A stretch of 64,000 bases of DNA from NCBI GenBank assembly GCA_963765675.1, contig CAVXXK010000001.1:864001-928000 (forward strand), read 5' to 3'. Shown one piece after another: positions 40,184 to 49,819 of the stretch. Origin of the DNA: an uncultured delta proteobacterium. GTDB taxonomy: Bacteria; Desulfobacterota; Binatia; Binatales; Binataceae. The translations under genes were made by a program, and so were the position numbers. Positions within the stretch are counted from its first letter, which is position 1. The number at the start of each line of letters is the position of its first letter. The notes under the pieces were generated by a model, which worked only from the letters and a program-made list of their open reading frames with translations, was not told where the DNA came from and searched no databases.

Positions 40184-41342
40184 TTACACCATCATTTCGA
40201 TGCACTCGTATAATAGTTCTTGCCGTCTCTCACGACGCGCAGGATGAGTTGTTTGTCTAGCTGCTAAGCTCTCTGTATTCCTCAATCAACTTCTTTATTT
40301 TACGAGGCGTGGGATCGGCGCCGTCTATAATTCGACCTGCCGCAGCGATTCGTCGCATCAGAGACGCCTCGCCAAATCTCTCTACGAGATCATCCGACAA
40401 AAGCAAGGTAATAAGAGTATAAAATTGAGGTTGGTCTGTTGCGAGCTTACTATCCTTCAAGGCTGGATGGCGACGGTACGCCTTTGCAAGAAAATCGAAG
40501 GCTTTGCGGAACGGCTGGCGTTCACGTCTGGTAAGAGCGCTATTCCTAGAAGCTTCAAGCTTGATGAAGGCCTTCAGAATCTCGGTTGGCGCGCGATGTT
40601 TTTTGGACCGCGAAAACAAGGCAATCTTCCGTCAATCGTTCCCAGATTCGATCGACTTGCGAATTCCTGTCTGGCAGTCGGCGGACGATGTTCAATCTCT
40701 TCATAACAAATACAAAGCTATTATTTTTCGCTTTGTAGAAATGGTTCGATGTCGTGTTTGCTTTAGTGCAATAAACTCAAAAATCTGCTTGAATAACGGG
40801 TCCTTGCCCAAAGCTTTAACAACATCGAAACGACTAACCTTGACGCCCTGCTGATTTATATCGATGAATAGATTTATTATCTCATCTATTGCCGTATTCT
40901 CATCGTCAAGATCGATCTCGATTGTCGGGATAGCATATTCTCGAAAGGTGCGGACCAATTGGATTTCGAGGTCTTTGAACCCGATCTGCTCGCCGTCTAG
41001 TTCTATATGGAAGTTAGCATTGTTCGCCGCTGGATTGTCGAAAAAATAGCTCGTGACGTTATTGACTTTCAGGTCCAATCGCTCGTCGCCGACAAATAGA
41101 ATCAGACTCTCGAGCCGCTGTTTACCGTCCAAAATGTTGTAAGCAAATTGTGCTCCGTCCGCCTGTTTATAAAGAAATACGGCTGGAATTGGCCGCGCTT
41201 GAATCATGTTAGCTATGAGTTTTTGGCGAGTTGCAAGATTCCATACCGTCCCTCGCTGAAACGGCGGGATCAGATTGATCTTTTGCGTATTGAAATATCC
41301 AATTATTTGGTCAATTTTCATCTCTCGATTGACGTATTTCAT
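40184..41342 (-). pseudogene. DUF262 (GmrSD/ParB-like) protein with about three frameshifts
   Basis: PPFQRGTVW, ILDGKQRL, FIDINQQG motifs; plausible coding continues in shifted frames (near 40737, 40627, 40259) to TAA at 40184. Confidence 0.7.
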
Positions 41343-41541
41343 TGATGGTTCCCCTTTTCCGTCGGGGCAGTTTGCCCCCGCACAGCGGCCTTACCATACC
41401 CTCTTCGAGACTACCGGTCATGCGCGGCTTCACTGATTTTCCGGCCCTTCAGGTCGATCGATTCTGCACCGTTTTTGAGCAGCAGGTTGGCGCCTAAATT
41501 CAGAACACTACGTGTCTTCGTGGCCAATTGATTCTTCGCCG

Positions 41542-41630
41542 CTATGCACCCGCACCCGACGCTCGCACCTGTCCGACCAGCGCGATGCGAGCGCGGTCAA
41601 ATCATTCTCGTCGTAGTAGCCCAATTCTAT
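41542..41630 (-). pseudogene. Diverged duplicate of the parB 3' end
   Basis: IELGYYDENDLTALA..LVGQVRASGAGA* (one-base slip) versus native IELDYYDENDLTALAASLVGQTRASGGSA*. Confidence 0.8.
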
Positions 41631-41641
41631 GCAGCCGTCGA

Positions 41642-41828
41642 TCAGGTTTTCACAGAAAGCTCGGTTCCGCCCCTGAGCGGCAGGAGAGTCGAAACAAAGC
41701 CGTTGGCCGGGCGCCGCACAAAGTCCAGATAGTCGACGAAGCTTTTCGGAAAATGGCCCACATTATCGCAGACGACGATCGCGCCCTTGCGTAGCTGCGG
41801 CGCTATCAATTCGATTATTGGTCTGGCG
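41642..41828 (-). pseudogene. 3' fragment of an O-methyltransferase gene
   Basis: ARPIIELIAPQLRKGAIVVCDNV...YLDFVRRPANGFVSTLLP..GGTELSVKT* with no start. Confidence 0.65.
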
Positions 41829-41907
41829 GATCCCTTCCGTCACCACCAGACCATGCACCGTCCGCTGACGAGTAGTCCTGAGTGCAAGGGATCTTGCCGG
41901 GGGGGGG

Positions 41908-42303
41908 GCGGCGCCGCAAATCTGAAATACCCTCGCCCACCGGGAGAGGGCGGCGCGGCGCGATGCTTGCGCATCTTTTTCGCAAGCATCGTGACGCGCG
42001 GGTGAGGGTGCTGCTGCTCCGCCGAACTTCGCCTGAAAACACAGGCTAAAGCCTGTGCCACTTAAAGCAAATCACAATCTCTCCCTCTGAAGTGGCACAG
42101 GCTTCAGCCTGTGTCTTCCACTCTCTACCACCTCGTTGCCCCGCGAGCTGTGAGCGACTACCGGAAAACCCAACGCCTCGAAGACGGGCGGCTCCCGAGC
42201 CGCCCCTACGAAAAACTGATTCGCTCGTACGGGCGCGCCGAGACGCGCCCAGCTCTTCACACCCTCCCTTCCTTCGTGTCTTTGTGTCTTAGTGGCCGGT
42301 TGA
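41908..42303. repeat. REP mosaic, right copy of the direct repeat
   Basis: Near-identical to 38828-39146, spacers included; GTGG-REPs at 42040-42061 and 42092-42113. Confidence 0.88.
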
Positions 42304-42308
42304 TTCTG

Positions 42309-43244
42309 CTATGCACTTCCGCCCGACGCGCGAGTCTGCCCCACGAGCGACGCCGCGAGCGCGGTCAAATCATTCTCGTCGTAATAGTCCAATTCTATCC
42401 GGCCGGGATTCTTTCCTCGACGGCGCACAATCCTGACCTTGCGCTTGAGTGCGCGCTGGATTCCTTCCGCCAATGCGTTAAGATTCGCGTCATTTGCCGG
42501 ATGCGACGATCGCGACGCGCCGGGGCGTTTGCGCCGATGCTCCCCCGCTAACGCCTCGGCGCCGCGGGCGGTGATTTTGCCTGCTACGATCTCGGCCGCC
42601 GCGATGAGTTGCTCTTCTTCCGACGCGAGCGACAGCAACGGACGCGCCTGGCCCGCGCTCAGCTCGCCGCGCACCATCATTTCGAGAACATCGATCGGCA
42701 GTTCCAGAAGACGAATCGCGTTGCTGACGTAGGGACGGCTCTTGCCGATTCGCGCCGCGATTTCTTCGTGCTGAATCTGGAATTCGGTATGCAGCCGCTT
42801 GAACGCCCGCGCCTCCTCGACCGCGTTCAGATCCTCGCGCGACAGATTCTCGACGATCGACATTTCGAGCGCGCCGCGATCGTCGAGCTCGCGAATCACC
42901 ACCGGCACCGCGTCGAGTCCCGCGATCTTCGCCGCGCGCAGCCTCCTCTCTCCCGCGATCAGCTCGTAGCGCTGCGGACCGGATACGGGAGCGGCGCCGC
43001 TTGCGAGCCGCACGATCAGCGGCTCGATCACGCCCTGGCTCGCGATCGCGCGCGCCAGCTCCTGGAGCCGTTCGGAATCGAAGACGAGCCGCGGCTGAAA
43101 CGGACCCGGCGAAATCTGCTCGAGCGGCGCCATCACGATTCGCGCGCCGCTCTCCTGCGCCGCATTCTCTACTGACGCAGCGTCGGCAACCGTATTTTCG
43201 ATCAGCGCGTCCAGTCCGCGGCCGAGCGGTCGTCGATTAAGCAT
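42309..43244 (-). CDS. parB: Chromosome partitioning protein ParB
   Basis: LGRGLDAL, QPR, IAGERRLRAA, ENLSREDLN, GKSRPYVSN. Confidence 0.96.
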   Translation of the reverse strand: MLNRRPLGRGLDALIENTVADAASVENAAQESGARIVMAPLEQISPGPFQPRLVFDSERLQELARAIASQGVIEPLIVRLASGAAPVSGPQRYELIAGERRLRAAKIAGLDAVPVVIRELDDRGALEMSIVENLSREDLNAVEEARAFKRLHTEFQIQHEEIAARIGKSRPYVSNAIRLLELPIDVLEMMVRGELSAGQARPLLSLASEEEQLIAAAEIVAGKITARGAEALAGEHRRKRPGASRSSHPANDANLNALAEGIQRALKRKVRIVRRRGKNPGRIELDYYDENDLTALAASLVGQTRASGGSA

Positions 43245-43250
43245 CGTGGG

Positions 43251-44072
43251 TCATCCTCCTGCGGGCGCCGGCGCGACGCCTTCGATTCGTTCGATAATTT
43301 CCGCGGCGAGCGTGCGGTAGCCCTCGGCGCCTGACGAGCGCGGGTCGTACTCGATCGCGGACAGGCCATGGCTCGGGCTTTCGGACAGGCGCACGTTGCG
43401 CGGAATCACGCTGCGAAAAACCTTGTCTGGAAAATGCTGCCGCACCTCGCGCGCGATTTCATGCGACAGCCGGTTGCGCGAATCGAACATCGTCAGCACC
43501 AGCCCCTCGATTTCGAGACCCGGACTGAGCGCGAGCTTGACCTTGCGAATCGTCGCGAGCAGCGAGCTCAGCCCCTCGAGCGCGTAGTACTCGCACTGCA
43601 TCGGAACCAGAACCGAGTCGGCGGCGACGAGTGCATTGAGGGTGAGAATGCCGAGCGAGGGCGGCGAGTCGATTAAAACATAGTTATATTCTAATGCGAC
43701 CGCTTCCAACAACAACCGCAAACGCCGTTCTCGCCCCTCCATCGTCGCCAACTCGATCTCGGCGCCGACCAGGTCGCCTCCCGACGGCGCGAGGAACAGG
43801 TTCGGGCGCATCTCGCATACCACTTCGCCGAGCGGAGCGCCAAGGACCAGCGAGTCGTAGATTGTCTTCTGCGGCGATGGCGCGGGCTCAGATTCCTTGC
43901 CGGGATCCGGTTCCCTAACGATCGTTAGGCCAGAGGTGGCGTTGCCCTGCGGATCGAGATCGACCAGCAGCACGCGCCGGCCGCTCTGTGCGAGCGCCAC
44001 CGCGAGATTGATCGCAGTGGTGGTCTTTCCGACTCCGCCTTTCTGATTGGCAATTGCGATAACCCGCCCCAC
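43251..44072 (-). CDS. parA: Chromosome partitioning ATPase ParA/Soj
   Basis: ANQKGGVGKTTT, DLDPQGNAT, PMQCEYYALEG, IPRNVRLSESPS. Confidence 0.96.
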   Translation of the reverse strand: MGRVIAIANQKGGVGKTTTAINLAVALAQSGRRVLLVDLDPQGNATSGLTIVREPDPGKESEPAPSPQKTIYDSLVLGAPLGEVVCEMRPNLFLAPSGGDLVGAEIELATMEGRERRLRLLLEAVALEYNYVLIDSPPSLGILTLNALVAADSVLVPMQCEYYALEGLSSLLATIRKVKLALSPGLEIEGLVLTMFDSRNRLSHEIAREVRQHFPDKVFRSVIPRNVRLSESPSHGLSAIEYDPRSSGAEGYRTLAAEIIERIEGVAPAPAGG

Positions 44073-44092
44073 AGCCAGCCCACCTCGTGCGA

Positions 44093-44108
44093 CGTTTCAC
44101 GTGAAACG
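44093..44108. promoter_or_regulatory. parS: parS site
   Basis: CGTTTCACGTGAAACG, within a perfect 22-bp palindrome (44090-44111) upstream of parA; matches the TGTTTCACGTGAAACA consensus. Confidence 0.9.
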
Positions 44109-44209
44109 TCGACGGGTCCATTAGACGCCGCGCGATCGCGAAAAGCAAAGCGCGCGCACGGCGGGAATCCACAGCTATCGCAAGTCAGGCGAGATCTGAT
44201 CGAGCGCGG

Positions 44210-44932
44210 TCAGCTCTCTTTGAGCCAGAGGGCGAGGGCGCGGACGATTTTCTCACCGCCACGAGAGAGCTCGTAACGCGGCGACAAGAGACCGGTCAAT
44301 CCTGCGGCCGAGGCAGCGTCGTTGTCGACCTCCTGCCCGGCTGCGAGGTAGGCCAACGCGATCCCGCCAGGTCTGAGCGCCATCCGCGCGAGCTCAAAAA
44401 ATTCGGGCATCACGCCGACCGCGCGGATCGTGATCAGATCGAACCCGCCGACCGATAGACCGGTTGGCGTTCCTCGCGTATGGACAATCGTCACGTTCGG
44501 CAACTCCATCGCGGCGGCGGCGGTCTCGAGGAAGCTCACGCGCTTGCGTCGCGCCTCTATCAGCACGGTCTCGAGCCCAGTTGCGGCGGCGAGAATCAGA
44601 CCGGGGAAGCCGGCACCGCTGCCTACATCTATCAGTCGGCAGCCTGGGCTGAGCACGCGCCCGAGGACGGAGTCGGGCTGCTTCCTGGCCATCCAGAAGG
44701 GGGCGAGCGAATCCATCACGTGGAACAGAATCTCGTCCGGGTTCTTCGGCGAGGCGGTCAGGTTGATTTTCTGCCCCCACAGCGCCAGATGGGACGCGAA
44801 TGTCCCGACCTTTTCGGACAGTGTTACAGAGACATCGTCGAAGCCGGCATCGAGCAGGATGCGCTCAAGCTTGCTCCGGACGACGTGGCCGATTTGGTTG
44901 ACGTCGGGATCATTTGGCGGTCGACGTTTCAC
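44210..44932 (-). CDS. rsmG: 16S rRNA m7G527 methyltransferase RsmG (GidB)
   Basis: INLTA, HVMDSL, DVGSGAGFPG, RRKRVSFL; syntenic position. Confidence 0.92.
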   Translation of the reverse strand: MKRRPPNDPDVNQIGHVVRSKLERILLDAGFDDVSVTLSEKVGTFASHLALWGQKINLTASPKNPDEILFHVMDSLAPFWMARKQPDSVLGRVLSPGCRLIDVGSGAGFPGLILAAATGLETVLIEARRKRVSFLETAAAAMELPNVTIVHTRGTPTGLSVGGFDLITIRAVGVMPEFFELARMALRPGGIALAYLAAGQEVDNDAASAAGLTGLLSPRYELSRGGEKIVRALALWLKES

Positions 44933-44940
44933 GTGAAACG
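44925..44940. promoter_or_regulatory. parS: parS site overlapping the predicted rsmG start
   Basis: CGTTTCACGTGAAACG. Confidence 0.9.
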
Positions 44941-44944
44941 TGGG

Positions 44945-46822
44945 TCAGGGCGCGCGAAAGGCTCGCTCGCGGCCGCCTTTGATATGGACCGCCAAGAGCG
45001 AGATCGCGGCTGGCGTGACCCCGGGCATCCGCGCTGCCTGCCCGAGCGATTGCGGGCGCACCGCCGACAGGCGCTCGCGCACCTCCGTCGAGAGGCCGGT
45101 CACGGCAGCGAAGTCGACCCAGTCGGGGATAGCGGCATCCTCGAGGCGCTTGAAGCGCTCGATCGCTTCGGCCTGGCGCTTCACGTAGCCATCATACTTG
45201 ACGTCGATTTCGAGCTCGGCAGCTTCGTCGAGCGTCAGCATGACCGACTCGTCGAGCATCCTCATCAGGGTCGAGTACGAAATTTCTGGCCGACGCAGAA
45301 GCTCGATCGCTCGTGACGGATGCACGATCGGCGTCGAGTCGGCAGCCGCTAGCATCGCGTTGACGCGGTCGCTTGCGGGGACGGTGACCGAGTTGAGCCT
45401 CGCGAGCTCCGCCGCCACGTCCGAGGCCTTAGCCTCGACCCGGTCGCCCGCACGCGCGTCGAGGAGCCCGAGCCGCGCGCCGATCGCGGAGAGGCGGCGG
45501 TCGGCATTGTCCTCGCGCAGGAGGAGCCGGTACTCGGCGCGGGACGTGAACATCCGGTACGGCTCGCCGCCGATTCCACGTGTAACAAGATCATCGATCA
45601 TGACGCCGATGTATGCCTGGTCGCGACGAAGGAGCATCGGAGGTTCGCCACGGACCGCTAGCGTAGCGTTAATTCCCGCTACTAAACCTTGTGCAGCAGC
45701 CTCTTCATATCCTGTCGTGCCATTGAGCTGTCCAGCAAAATATAAGCCATTTAAGAGCTTGGTCTCTAGGCTAGAGTTCAATTGAGTAGGGTCAGAGAAA
45801 TCATATTCGATCGCGTAACCGGGCCGCATTATTTCGGCATTCTCGAGGCCTGCAATCGAATGAACCATCGCGACCTGAACGTCGAGCGGCAGGCTGGTCG
45901 ACAGACCGTTGGGATAAACCTCGACGGTGTCGCGCCCCTCGGGCTCGAGGAAAATCTGATGGCGCTCCTTGTCGCGAAAACGCATCACCTTGTCCTCAAC
46001 CGAGGGGCAGTAGCGCGGGCCGCGGCTCTGGATCACGCCGGAGTACATCGGCGAGCGGTCGATTCCCGCTCGGATAATCTCATGGGTGCGCGCGTTGGTG
46101 TAGGTGAGATGACACGGGATCTGCGGCTGCGTGATTCGCTCGGTGCGAAACGAGAACGGGGGCGGCGGCTCGTCGCCGGGCTGAGTCTCCAGCGCGGAGT
46201 AGTCGATCGTTCGCGCGTCGAGGCGCGGGCAAGTGCCCGTCTTGAGGCGGCCGATCCGGAAACCGTGACGCCCGAGGTCGTCGCTCAGTCCCATCGCGGC
46301 GAAATCGCCAGCGCGGCCCGCGTTGTAGTTTCGCAACCCGATATGGACGAGCCCCTTCAGGAAGGTGCCGGTCGTGAGGATCACGGTGGCGGCTTCGAAG
46401 ACCTCTCCGATTTGCGATTCGACGCCGCGCACTTGCCGCCCTTCGACAACCAGGCGCTCGACGCTCGCCTGGCGAATCGTCAGGTTATCTACAGACTCGA
46501 GTACGCGCTTGCTGCGTGCGCGATAGGCAGCCTTGTCGGCCTGCGCGCGGCGCGCGCGCACGGCGGGACCTTTGCGGGTATTGAGGAAGCGGAACTGGAT
46601 TCCGGTCTCGTCGATCGCGAGGCCCATCTCGCCGCCGAGCGCGTCGATTTCGCGCACGAGGTGGCCCTTGCCGATTCCGCCGATCGCGGGATTACAGGAC
46701 ATCTGGCCGATATGGTCGAGGTTGAGCGTGAGCATCAGCGTGCGCGCGCCCATCCGAGCGGCGGCGAGTGCGGCTTCGATTCCGGCGTGTCCTGCGCCGA
46801 CGATTATGACGTCATACTGCAT
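44945..46822 (-). CDS. mnmG: tRNA modification enzyme MnmG (GidA)
   Basis: YDVIIVGAGHAG, MSCNPAIGG, GPRYCPS, AGQLNGTTGYEEAAAQG, YRMFTSRAEYR; start at 46822 (the ORF-track extension runs into a repeat). Confidence 0.97.
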   Translation of the reverse strand: MQYDVIIVGAGHAGIEAALAAARMGARTLMLTLNLDHIGQMSCNPAIGGIGKGHLVREIDALGGEMGLAIDETGIQFRFLNTRKGPAVRARRAQADKAAYRARSKRVLESVDNLTIRQASVERLVVEGRQVRGVESQIGEVFEAATVILTTGTFLKGLVHIGLRNYNAGRAGDFAAMGLSDDLGRHGFRIGRLKTGTCPRLDARTIDYSALETQPGDEPPPPFSFRTERITQPQIPCHLTYTNARTHEIIRAGIDRSPMYSGVIQSRGPRYCPSVEDKVMRFRDKERHQIFLEPEGRDTVEVYPNGLSTSLPLDVQVAMVHSIAGLENAEIMRPGYAIEYDFSDPTQLNSSLETKLLNGLYFAGQLNGTTGYEEAAAQGLVAGINATLAVRGEPPMLLRRDQAYIGVMIDDLVTRGIGGEPYRMFTSRAEYRLLLREDNADRRLSAIGARLGLLDARAGDRVEAKASDVAAELARLNSVTVPASDRVNAMLAAADSTPIVHPSRAIELLRRPEISYSTLMRMLDESVMLTLDEAAELEIDVKYDGYVKRQAEAIERFKRLEDAAIPDWVDFAAVTGLSTEVRERLSAVRPQSLGQAARMPGVTPAAISLLAVHIKGGRERAFRAP

Positions 46823-46907
46823 GGCGATGAAGGCAGGATTATTGCGCGGCGGAGCGCCCGGCGCAAAGCGCGGAGAGTGGTGGCGATGGCGGGGATCGGC
46901 GCAGTGC

Positions 46908-46985
46908 GCCCTCACCCTGCGTGTCACGGCGATTGCAAAAAAGAGCAATCGCCGCGCCACGCTGCCCTCTCCCGGAGGGAGAGGG
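46908..46985 (-). repeat. CCCTCTCCC..GGGTGAGGG-type repeat (inverted copy)
   Basis: CCCTCACCC...CGATTGC..GCAATCG...CCCTCTCCC..GGGAGAGGG. Confidence 0.7.
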
Positions 46986-47028
46986 TATCAGTAGAGGCTG
47001 ACTTAAAGAGGTAACCGCCTCCAAATTA

Positions 47029-48402
47029 TTATTTGCCGATGCAGAATTCGCGGAAGATTGCGTCGAGTATTTCCTCGCCGGTTACTTCGCCCGTGATCGC
47101 GCCAAGTGCTTCTGCCGCAGCGGTTATATCGACGGCGGAGATCTCGGGCGGCATCCGCGCGAGCACGCTCGCGCGCGCGGCGCGCAGCGAGGAGAGCGCG
47201 CGCTCGAGCGCGTCGCGATGGCGGTCGCGCGAAATCGCGAGCTCGCTCGCGCCGTCGGGAGCGCCGAGCGAATCGACGGCGTGGGCGAGCTCGTCGCGCA
47301 AGGCGGGAAGTCCGTCGCCGGCGAGTGCCGAGATCGCAAGAATCGGCATCGCGATTCCCACCTCTCGCAGCTCCGCGGCTCCGGAGATTTGGGGCAGGTC
47401 CGACTTGTTGAGCAGCGCAACACCGGCGCGTCCGGCGCACAGCCGGGCGACAGCCAAGTCTTCATCGTCGAGTGGACGCGACGAATCGAACACCGCGATC
47501 ACCAGGTCGGCGTCGCCGAGCGCGGCGCGCGAGCGCTCGATACCGAGCCGCTCGATCTCGTCGGGGCTGGCGCGGATTCCAGCGGTATCGAGCAGGGTTA
47601 TCGCGTGGGCGCCGAGCTGGACGACGTCTTCGATCACGTCGCGAGTGGTCCCAGGAATCGCTGTGACGATCGCGCGCTCGGTCCCAAGCATGAGGTTGAG
47701 CAGGCTGGACTTGCCGACGTTGGGCTTGCCGATAATCGCAGCTCGCGCGCCCTCGCGAACGACTCTGCCACGCGAGAAGGAGTCGTGCAAAACGGCAACA
47801 TCGCCGATCACATGCTCGATCTCCTCGGTCATCGCGTGACGCGACGGCATCGCGATATCTTCGTCGGAGAAATCGATCTCGACTTCAAGATGCGCCCGGA
47901 TGTTGACGATTTTCTTTCGTAATTCTTTTACTTTCTTCGACAGATTACCGGAAAGCTGAGCAAGCGCCTGTCTGAGACCGGACTCGCTGCGAGCGGAAAT
48001 CAGATCAGCGACAGCTTCCGCCTCAGCGAGATCGATCCGTTCATTCAGAAATGCACGGCGGGTGAACTCTCCCGGTTCGGCGATTCGCGCTCCGTGCGAA
48101 ATTGCCACGGCGACGATCTGGCGCGTAAGGTAGCTGCCGCCATGGCAGTGCAACTCCGCAACGTCTTCTCCAGTGAAAGATTTAGGCTTGGGGAAGACGA
48201 CGGCCATCGCGCGATCGAGGTTTACTCCAGTCGCGGGGTCGATGACGTCCCCGATGACCAGCTCGCGAGGATTGCCTTCGCGCGCGGGATGCCAAATCGC
48301 ACGGAGGATTTCGAACGCTCGCGGGCCGGAGAGCCGGATGATCGCGACGGCGCCAATTCCCGGCGCGGTGGCGGGCGCAACGATTGTATCGGGCAGGTAC
48401 AT
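47029..48402 (-). CDS. mnmE: tRNA modification GTPase MnmE (TrmE)
   Basis: SFTGEDVAE, GKPNVGKSSL, GTTRD, DTAG, NKSD, FCIGK terminus. Confidence 0.97.
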   Translation of the reverse strand: MYLPDTIVAPATAPGIGAVAIIRLSGPRAFEILRAIWHPAREGNPRELVIGDVIDPATGVNLDRAMAVVFPKPKSFTGEDVAELHCHGGSYLTRQIVAVAISHGARIAEPGEFTRRAFLNERIDLAEAEAVADLISARSESGLRQALAQLSGNLSKKVKELRKKIVNIRAHLEVEIDFSDEDIAMPSRHAMTEEIEHVIGDVAVLHDSFSRGRVVREGARAAIIGKPNVGKSSLLNLMLGTERAIVTAIPGTTRDVIEDVVQLGAHAITLLDTAGIRASPDEIERLGIERSRAALGDADLVIAVFDSSRPLDDEDLAVARLCAGRAGVALLNKSDLPQISGAAELREVGIAMPILAISALAGDGLPALRDELAHAVDSLGAPDGASELAISRDRHRDALERALSSLRAARASVLARMPPEISAVDITAAAEALGAITGEVTGEEILDAIFREFCIGK

Positions 48403-48475
48403 CGCGTGGTTAGGTTAGCATCGCGGCCGGGGATGGTACGATGCGTGCGCGCGATATGGCATCGAAGATAAGAGA

Positions 48476-48581
48476 CACAGGCTAAAGCCTGTGACACTTC
48501 CAGGCAAAAATCTCTTAGGTGCCATGGCTTTGAGACTGTGCCAGAGACGATTTTCTTAAGTGGCACAGGCTTTAGCCTGTG
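48476..48581. repeat. GTGG-REP doublet upstream of the RAYT
   Basis: GTGG-CACAGGC-TTTA-GCCTGTG hairpins in inverted orientation at 48476-48497 and 48560-48581, plus a degenerate middle copy. Confidence 0.85.
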
Positions 48582-48630
48582 TTCTTGGAATTTCGGAAGC
48601 TGGGTATAATTCCCTGCGAGCAAGGGATTC

Positions 48631-49149
48631 ATGGGAAGGAAAGAACCTTCGGACACCGATCCTCATCACTTTCAGGAAATTGATCCCTGGAAGTCCGAAG
48701 ACCTTGTCGCGAAGCACCGCAATCTGCCGCACTTCGAGGTGCCCGGAGCTACATACTTCGTAACCTTTCGGTGCCGCTCGAAGATCACGCTTCTGCCTGA
48801 GTCACGTGATCTGGTCATGGAGACAATCCGGACATGCGACCGCACGGTCATCGAGTTGGATGCGGCCGTCGTGATGCCGGATCACGCGCACGTAATTTTC
48901 AGGCTCATTGATACCCGCACGCTCAGCCAGGTTGTTCAGCGGATCAAGGGTCGATCGGCCCGTCAGATCAATCAGGTCCTTGGGACCGAGGGTGCGGTCT
49001 GGATGGACGAGAGTTTCGACCACATCATTAGGCATGAGGCGGAGCTGGAAGAGAAAATCGAATACATCAGGCAAAATCCGGTCAAGCGAGGGCTTGCGGT
49101 GCGGCCGGAAGATTACAGGTGGTTGTTTGTGAGAGAAGACACAGGCTAA
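48631..49149 (+). mobile_element. REP-associated tyrosine transposase (RAYT/TnpA-REP, Y1 HUH)
   Basis: RNLPHF, TYFVTF, VVMPDHAH (HUH), FDHIIR, YIRQNPVKRGL; flanked on both sides by inverted GTGG-REPs; stop codon lies inside a REP. Confidence 0.9.
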
Positions 49150-49316
49150 AGCCTGTGCCACTTAAAACAAAAATCTAAATCACTTAGAACAAAAATCTGA
49201 ATCTCGGAGGTGGTAAAGGCTCCGGCTTCTGTTAAGAGGACTTTTTCATGTGGCACAGGCTCTGGCCGTCTATAGGGGGAGGAACAGTTCCTAAGTGGCA
49301 CAGGCTTTAGCCTGCG
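49140..49316. repeat. GTGG-REP cluster downstream of the RAYT
   Basis: Copies at 49140-49161, 49250-49270 (degenerate) and 49295-49316. Confidence 0.85.
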
Positions 49317-49338
49317 TTCTGAGGAAGCGGAATTGATC

Positions 49339-49776
49339 ATGAAGACGGGAAATGGATTCGTCGCTTACCTTCCTGGATTCAAAGGTTCGGACGCCCTACT
49401 GATTTTGGCGGATTCCGAGACGATCGATTGGCTGATGGCACAGTTCGGCCAGCTTGCGAGCGCTCCAGTTGGATCCGTCTGTCCGGCTTTTCTCATCGGA
49501 GACGGAAATCCGATCGAATCGGATGGCCTTTGTCTTCTGGTAGTAGAACCGGAAAATCAGGCAGAAGGCAGCCGCCTTATCCGAGATTCTGACGGGACAT
49601 TCAGGTGGAGTGTCTCGCGGCTATCGGCGGGTCATTATCGCGAGCTGCTTTCTGGCATATCAGGGCCGCATCCGGCGCATCAGTATCTCGATCCCAACAA
49701 CAGCCCTCCCGCGCCAGTGGTTATCATTTCCCGGGACGAATATGACGCCGAAACTTTCCGTCGTCCGAAGAACTAG
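49339..49776 (+). CDS. Hypothetical protein whose first 37 codons form the repeated left arm
   Basis: GAGGAAG RBS; 145-aa ORF with a C-terminal HQYLD motif. Confidence 0.65.
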   Translation: MKTGNGFVAYLPGFKGSDALLILADSETIDWLMAQFGQLASAPVGSVCPAFLIGDGNPIESDGLCLLVVEPENQAEGSRLIRDSDGTFRWSVSRLSAGHYRELLSGISGPHPAHQYLDPNNSPPAPVVIISRDEYDAETFRRPKN

Positions 49777-49819
49777 GTGCCTGATACGGGGAGTTATATC
49801 GCGTCGTCACGTAAGCATC

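Noticed and set aside
41899-41908. Poly-G tract as a phase-variation switch
   Set aside because: Intergenic, at the edge of a repeat, and not in a supported gene or promoter.
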